Shown: positions 59,392 to 64,000 of the stretch, one piece after another | How the letters are laid out: each line of letters begins with the position of its first letter | How positions within the stretch are numbered: position 1 is the stretch's first letter | Source of the DNA: Candidatus Hodarchaeota archaeon | GTDB taxonomy: Archaea > Asgardarchaeota > Heimdallarchaeia > Hodarchaeales > Hodarchaeaceae | Length of the DNA: 64,000 nt | NCBI GenBank assembly: GCA_029856365.1 | Contig: JAHQWW010000009.1 | Location: 1-64,000, forward strand | Direction of reading: 5' to 3' | The notes under the pieces: generated by a model | Told to the model about the DNA's origin: nothing | The model's input: the letters and a program-made list of their open reading frames with translations, nothing else | Database searches by the model: none | Translations under genes and position numbers: made by a program

Positions 59392-60366
59392 TCAATTGAA
59401 TTTATGTCCGCAATGGATACAATAAATTACTTGTTGGGGAACAGTCTGGGAACATGCAGGGCAGGTTTTTTCTACTGGTTTAATTGGTTCCTCTGCTACT
59501 ATTGGTGGTGATTTCACAGAGCTAGGATATAATTTCAGGTGATCACCTTCTGAGGAAATGCGGAATTGTACTAACCGTTCTAACCCTACTTGTCGTCTAA
59601 GCTCCTCTGGGATGGTAATACGGCCTTTAACACTGATCTCATATAATTCTTCTGCTGAAGTATCTTCCCTTAACCGTTGTGTTAGAACTGATCCATCTTT
59701 GATCCTTAAGATTCTATTGGCTTGCGATGCAATCTGTTCATTATGTGTGACAACTAGCATCGCTAAACCTTGCTCTTGGTTTAAATCTTTGAGATAGTCC
59801 ATTACTTCCTGTGAAGTTGTTGTATCTAGCTCTCCTGTGATTTCATCCCCCAATAAAATTTCAGGGTCATTTGCAAGAGCACAAGCTATTGCAGCTCGCT
59901 GCAACTCACCACCTGATAGTTGGGATGGTTTGTGTTTTCGTCTTTCTGTTAATCCCACGGCACTTAACAACTCTAGGGTTCGTTTCTTCGGATCTTTCTT
60001 TCCAGCAACTTTCATTGGAAGCATAACATTTTCCTGAAGAGTCAGCATTGGAACTAAGTTAGAAATTTGAAATACAAAACCCAAGTGTTCTCGGCGAAAT
60101 TGGACCAATTGACTGGTTGGTAACGTTGTTATAGTCGTCCCTCGGATAAAAATTGTTCCTGCAGTCGGTCGGATCAAACCACCTAAAACTGAAATCAAAG
60201 TGGTCTTCCCTGAGCCAGATGGACCAATTATCGACACAAATTCTCCAGCATGAAGCTCAACATTGACTCCCCGCAAAGCTACAACATCTGTTCGCTGTTC
60301 TTTTCCTTCATATATCTTAAAAACATCATGAGCTGCCATTGCTATTGTCAATACTTTCCACCTCAA
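59392..60366 (-). CDS. LolD/MacB-type ABC ATPase + AbrB-like domain + zinc ribbon
   Basis: GPSGSGKT, LSGGE, DEITGELD; KGRITIPEELR; CPAC..CIHCG. Confidence 0.9.
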   Translation of the reverse strand: MRWKVLTIAMAAHDVFKIYEGKEQRTDVVALRGVNVELHAGEFVSIIGPSGSGKTTLISVLGGLIRPTAGTIFIRGTTITTLPTSQLVQFRREHLGFVFQISNLVPMLTLQENVMLPMKVAGKKDPKKRTLELLSAVGLTERRKHKPSQLSGGELQRAAIACALANDPEILLGDEITGELDTTTSQEVMDYLKDLNQEQGLAMLVVTHNEQIASQANRILRIKDGSVLTQRLREDTSAEELYEISVKGRITIPEELRRQVGLERLVQFRISSEGDHLKLYPSSVKSPPIVAEEPIKPVEKTCPACSQTVPQQVIYCIHCGHKFN

Positions 60367-63128
60367 ATTGTCCGCAGAACCTCACTCACACTAGTCTTTC
60401 TAACCTCCCAAAGGCTGATGACTACCGCTATCAGAATTCCTAGAACAACACATCCTAACAATATTCCAAAACCAGCAATTGAGAAGATTGTAGGGCTGGC
60501 AATTGATCCTGGTTCAGTACGAAAGCCCCTAAATAGAATTGTAACAATGAAACCGATAACTGTCCCTACTAGAATTGAGAAAGTCCCCGCAGTAATCGCT
60601 TCACCAATGACAAACGTTCCTACCTGGTTGTACGTTGCTCCTAAAGCAATTAATGTTCCAACTTCCCGTTTCCGTTTTTGAATTGCAGTTATGAGAAAAA
60701 TACCTGAGCCTATACATGCAATAATTATGACTATAACAAATTCAACACTTAGCACTCCGTTGAAATTAGCTATCCCTGGTTCTTCGATCGTTGATAGAAT
60801 CTCAGAAGAGGTCATAACATCAAGACTCATTCCATAAACATCAAATAGTTGAGCTTGTAGCTCTAAAGAATCGACTTGAGTGTTAATCAAGAAAAAGGAA
60901 GCATTACGAGGCCCAAAAAAAGTCTCAAATGTGTTTAGACTTGTTACAATGAAATAATTGCCAGAACTCGAAGTGCCAGTGGAAACGGTTAGACCTACTC
61001 CATATACTATCTGACTACCTAATGTTGGGAAGTTATAGGCAAGATCACTCACAATGAGACCAGATTCACCCAAGGAGTTGGAAATACCAAAATCAAAATC
61101 TAGAGCAAAATCATTACTGATTACACAATTATTCTGAATTAACAGATTGGAAAACACTTCTTCAATTGTTGAATCGACAAAAAATTGATTACGAAGGAAT
61201 GCTACTTTATAAAAATTAGAATCGACCCCTAAGATAGAGATTTGCGTTCCACCAAACATCATGTCGTCTTTATAAACAGCAGATACAATTGCATTCGAAT
61301 CAATTAACTGAATACTCTTATTAAACTCTTTTGTTGATAAAGGAAGAATGGATTTGACCCGAACATCAGCTCCAGAAGCAAATTGCGCTTGAGAGACATT
61401 TGTTTGATGGTCTGTATGTGCAGTAGTACTAACCATGATTCCAAATGAAAAAGTCAAAGCTAAAATAATGATAGCTTTACTAAGACTCTCTGGACGTCGT
61501 GTAACTGATTTAGCAACTACCTCACCAAGAGAAAATATCATTGTAAACCCCTGGATTAGTATATTCTCTGTTTTCAGGATCAAATGTGAACCAAGACGAG
61601 CTATTAAAAGAATGGATCCCAACCAAAATAACGAAGGGGTCACTGCAGCCCAAATCACGAATAGTGCTCCCCCACTTTCGATGTCGAAATCGAATCCTAT
61701 TTGTAACGCTAAGAATAGCAAACCCATCATTGTAAACACAACATCCAAGTAAATTCGTTTCCATAGTGGTACTTTTTGAGTACCTTCTTCTTTCATCCCC
61801 TCTAAGAAATCTTGATCTTTGATTAGACGCCGTGCAGGAAGATAAGCGGAAATAAGAGCTAGAACTATACTGATAATTGCTAATAATGAAACATTCGTGA
61901 GATTCATAGAAGAAAATGTGAAATCAAAATCAATCAATAATGGATCGACGATGAGAAACTGAGGAGTCCACAACATGACTTGTGCTACCAATTCACCACA
62001 TATGATCCCAAAACATGTCGCTATTAAAGCAATTATTAAGACTTCTGATAATATCATCCTAAGAACTTGTCCTGAAGAAGCTCCTCGACTCTGTAAAGTA
62101 GTGATCTCTAAACTTCTCATTTCCATCGATGACTCAACAGAATATTTTTGGAGATATAATGCTAGAATGATTGCAGGAAGCGATAAAAATAATAAGAACA
62201 TCTGGAAAATCAGCATCACGATCCGAAGGACTAAAACTGACATTCCAATATTATCCTGGGCATAAACTTGACCCCCAAATTTAACTAAAATCTTATTGGA
62301 AAATGCAGTAGTTTTTCCACCAGCAGCATCAGGATTAGTGGGAAGAACTGAATGATTAAATTTTATATGGAGTTGTTCATTATAATCATACCCCTGGAGT
62401 GCTCCCCATCTCTGGAAAAGAGTATCACGCCAGTCCGAAAGACCCCAAATGGGCAAAATAATCATTCCTACTTCTTTATTGAACATGGACAGTCCGAGAA
62501 AGCTAGAAGTATCTCTAATTTGGTAGATACCTGTAATACGACAAATTTGGGTATAATTCTTTAATGAACCACTCATATTCAAGAAGTCGGGGCCTGTTTT
62601 TGTGAGATTGACAGTATCATTCACAGATACCCCTAATTTCAGAGCATTTCTCTCATCTATCAAAATGGGAAGGACCTGCATATCTTTGGAGATTGAATCA
62701 TTAAAAATCCCTTCACTTATATTGAAAACGTGAAACGTATCTAAATAACTTGTTTCAATTCCTATAAAACCTGTTGAAATCTCGGTATCGCTTTCCGCCT
62801 TAACTCGAATCTTTCCAGACAAGCTAAAGAAGTATTCAGAGGCTAAGACAAGTGATTGATTCTCCAACCAAATATCGATCTCAGTCACATTAAAAGTGAC
62901 CTCAGGAAGCTCAATCCCAAAACCAAATGCGGATAAATCAAACGAACTGACGGTCATATCTACTTCGATATCTTCGAGAGCATCATTTAGAAACTTAATA
63001 GCAGCTGTTTCATTGTAAAAAACAACTGCAGAGATAATGGTAACTGCCAAGAATATTCCGAACGCGTTTTGTAAAGTTCTTTTTTTATTTCTGAAGAGCG
63101 ATTTGAACGCATAAGGGAGGGAAAGCAT
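60363..63128 (-). CDS. FtsX/MacB-type ABC permease
   Basis: EITTLQSRGAS, WKRIYLD, GADV, EVGTLIALGA. Confidence 0.9.
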   Translation of the reverse strand: MLSLPYAFKSLFRNKKRTLQNAFGIFLAVTIISAVVFYNETAAIKFLNDALEDIEVDMTVSSFDLSAFGFGIELPEVTFNVTEIDIWLENQSLVLASEYFFSLSGKIRVKAESDTEISTGFIGIETSYLDTFHVFNISEGIFNDSISKDMQVLPILIDERNALKLGVSVNDTVNLTKTGPDFLNMSGSLKNYTQICRITGIYQIRDTSSFLGLSMFNKEVGMIILPIWGLSDWRDTLFQRWGALQGYDYNEQLHIKFNHSVLPTNPDAAGGKTTAFSNKILVKFGGQVYAQDNIGMSVLVLRIVMLIFQMFLLFLSLPAIILALYLQKYSVESSMEMRSLEITTLQSRGASSGQVLRMILSEVLIIALIATCFGIICGELVAQVMLWTPQFLIVDPLLIDFDFTFSSMNLTNVSLLAIISIVLALISAYLPARRLIKDQDFLEGMKEEGTQKVPLWKRIYLDVVFTMMGLLFLALQIGFDFDIESGGALFVIWAAVTPSLFWLGSILLIARLGSHLILKTENILIQGFTMIFSLGEVVAKSVTRRPESLSKAIIILALTFSFGIMVSTTAHTDHQTNVSQAQFASGADVRVKSILPLSTKEFNKSIQLIDSNAIVSAVYKDDMMFGGTQISILGVDSNFYKVAFLRNQFFVDSTIEEVFSNLLIQNNCVISNDFALDFDFGISNSLGESGLIVSDLAYNFPTLGSQIVYGVGLTVSTGTSSSGNYFIVTSLNTFETFFGPRNASFFLINTQVDSLELQAQLFDVYGMSLDVMTSSEILSTIEEPGIANFNGVLSVEFVIVIIIACIGSGIFLITAIQKRKREVGTLIALGATYNQVGTFVIGEAITAGTFSILVGTVIGFIVTILFRGFRTEPGSIASPTIFSIAGFGILLGCVVLGILIAVVISLWEVRKTSVSEVLRTI

Positions 63129-63251
63129 CCTTCACACCATCTAAGTATATATTTTAATTGTTTTTAAGGTTCAACATGTAGGAATAAAGTAATGTATTAG
63201 GATTCTAAAGAGTTCTATTCAGCTTAAATCAATGAAAAACGCCCAAGAATT

Positions 63252-63509
63252 TTAACCAAGTATGATTAACAAGAGAAAAATAGTTACAATTCCCAATGGA
63301 ATGCAAAACGAAAGGATATTAGCTGCAAACTCCTTATCTAACTCTTCAAGCGAGGCAAAAGTTAGAGTATTGAAACCAACTGGGGCTGCATAACTGATAA
63401 TTATTATTTTGCTAGTAAGGTCATCTAGTCCTAGTAAAAGGCTGAAAATGATTCCTAAAAATAACCCCAACCCCATTCTAATTAAAATGACCTGCATTGA
63501 TAAAAACAA
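63252..63509 (-). pseudogene. C-terminal fragment of AEC (auxin efflux carrier) family transporter
   Basis: IRMGLG..AAPVGFNTLTFASLEELDKEFAA; the N-terminal part is missing. Confidence 0.7.
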
Positions 63510-63681
63510 TAATTGATTTGATATAAAATTCTATTGCCTGCTGGAAATAAAAAATACTTGATGGAAAATCTTTGGTATCCTCCATTTTAAGTGCTCGCTG
63601 AAAATTATTCAATGCTAAAGCAAACCATTTACAAGCTTCGATATCTGAAGTTAACATAAGGAGACTACCAATTTTCATCAT
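63478..63681 (-). pseudogene. N-terminal fragment of HEPN-domain protein
   Basis: W...A.....RA.......F..SIFYFQQAIEFYIK pattern, truncated. Confidence 0.6.
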
Positions 63682-63776
63682 TATTTAAGAAATTTATTAT
63701 GAAAGAGCTACTTTGCTTATTTATTATTTTAGGTTATTAAAACTGAGAATACTTATATCAATTTTATTCACAGGAG

Positions 63777-64000
63777 GTCATCAACTAGCGCGTTACCGTA
63801 GCTAGTCTTCATCGTGTGGGCTGGCTCCTTTATCATTATTACGGTTTTCCCATTCTTAAGATTCATTCATTTATCTTGGTTGATGAAAATCACTCATTCC
63901 TGCTTCCATGAGTCGTGCCCTTCATTGTGAGGCCTTACTAACTCTCCAAAAGCGTTTAACGTCTCCGCGACTAGAACATTATGACTCTTAGGTAAAAAAA
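63777..64000 (-). mobile_element. Probable 3' end of another tnpB-type element running off the window
   Basis: Minus frame ..VAETLNAFGELVRPHNEGHDSWKQE* (63998-63894) resembles TnpB tails; then GAAG-ACTAGC..GCTAGT-TGATGAC, with the same architecture as the other right ends in the window. Confidence 0.45.

Noticed and set aside
4400-62564. Many 60-140 aa ORFs antisense to or nested within long genes (e.g. 8089-8274, 23929-24168, 52557-52925, 60250-60681)
   Set aside because: Shadow ORFs of well-supported genes, with no motifs of their own.
1-64000. CRISPR array or cas locus (prompted by the DinG-like helicase and TnpB/Cas12-like proteins)
   Set aside because: No regularly spaced repeats or cas genes seen; the TnpB has IS ends.

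Overview
AT-rich archaeal chromosomal segment. The gene content points to an Asgard archaeon, most likely Heimdallarchaeia (inference): several Rag/Gtr-like small GTPases with roadblock-like tails, longin/uDENN-like proteins, a gelsolin-like domain, an intron-containing tRNA-Tyr, RLI/ABCE1, an ATP-dependent DNA ligase and PGF-like sorting tails. In order, the window holds: a truncated large surface protein; a thiamine salvage cluster (ThiR, APH-fold kinase, ThiBPQ) with an intact tnpB-only IS200/IS605 element in its divergent promoter; housekeeping and metabolic genes; an NfnAB/SudAB pair whose small subunit is fused to a CxxC-less thioredoxin-reductase-like domain; a four-gene cluster (longin-like, longin-like, CBS, FrhB/FpoF-like); a convergent Rag-like GTPase; a four-gene GTPase / pseudoGTPase / longin-gelsolin / GTPase operon; three more tnpB remnants; two FtsX/MacB-type ABC systems; and tRNA-Tyr. 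The best candidate for an undescribed system is the cluster at 27.3-32.4 kb. Three of its proteins, two longin/uDENN-like and one F420-type redox enzyme, end in the same unannotated ~90-aa C-terminal domain. This suggests a complex linking redox and energy state to Rag-like GTPase signalling. All family calls come from reading motifs by eye; no database searches were run.
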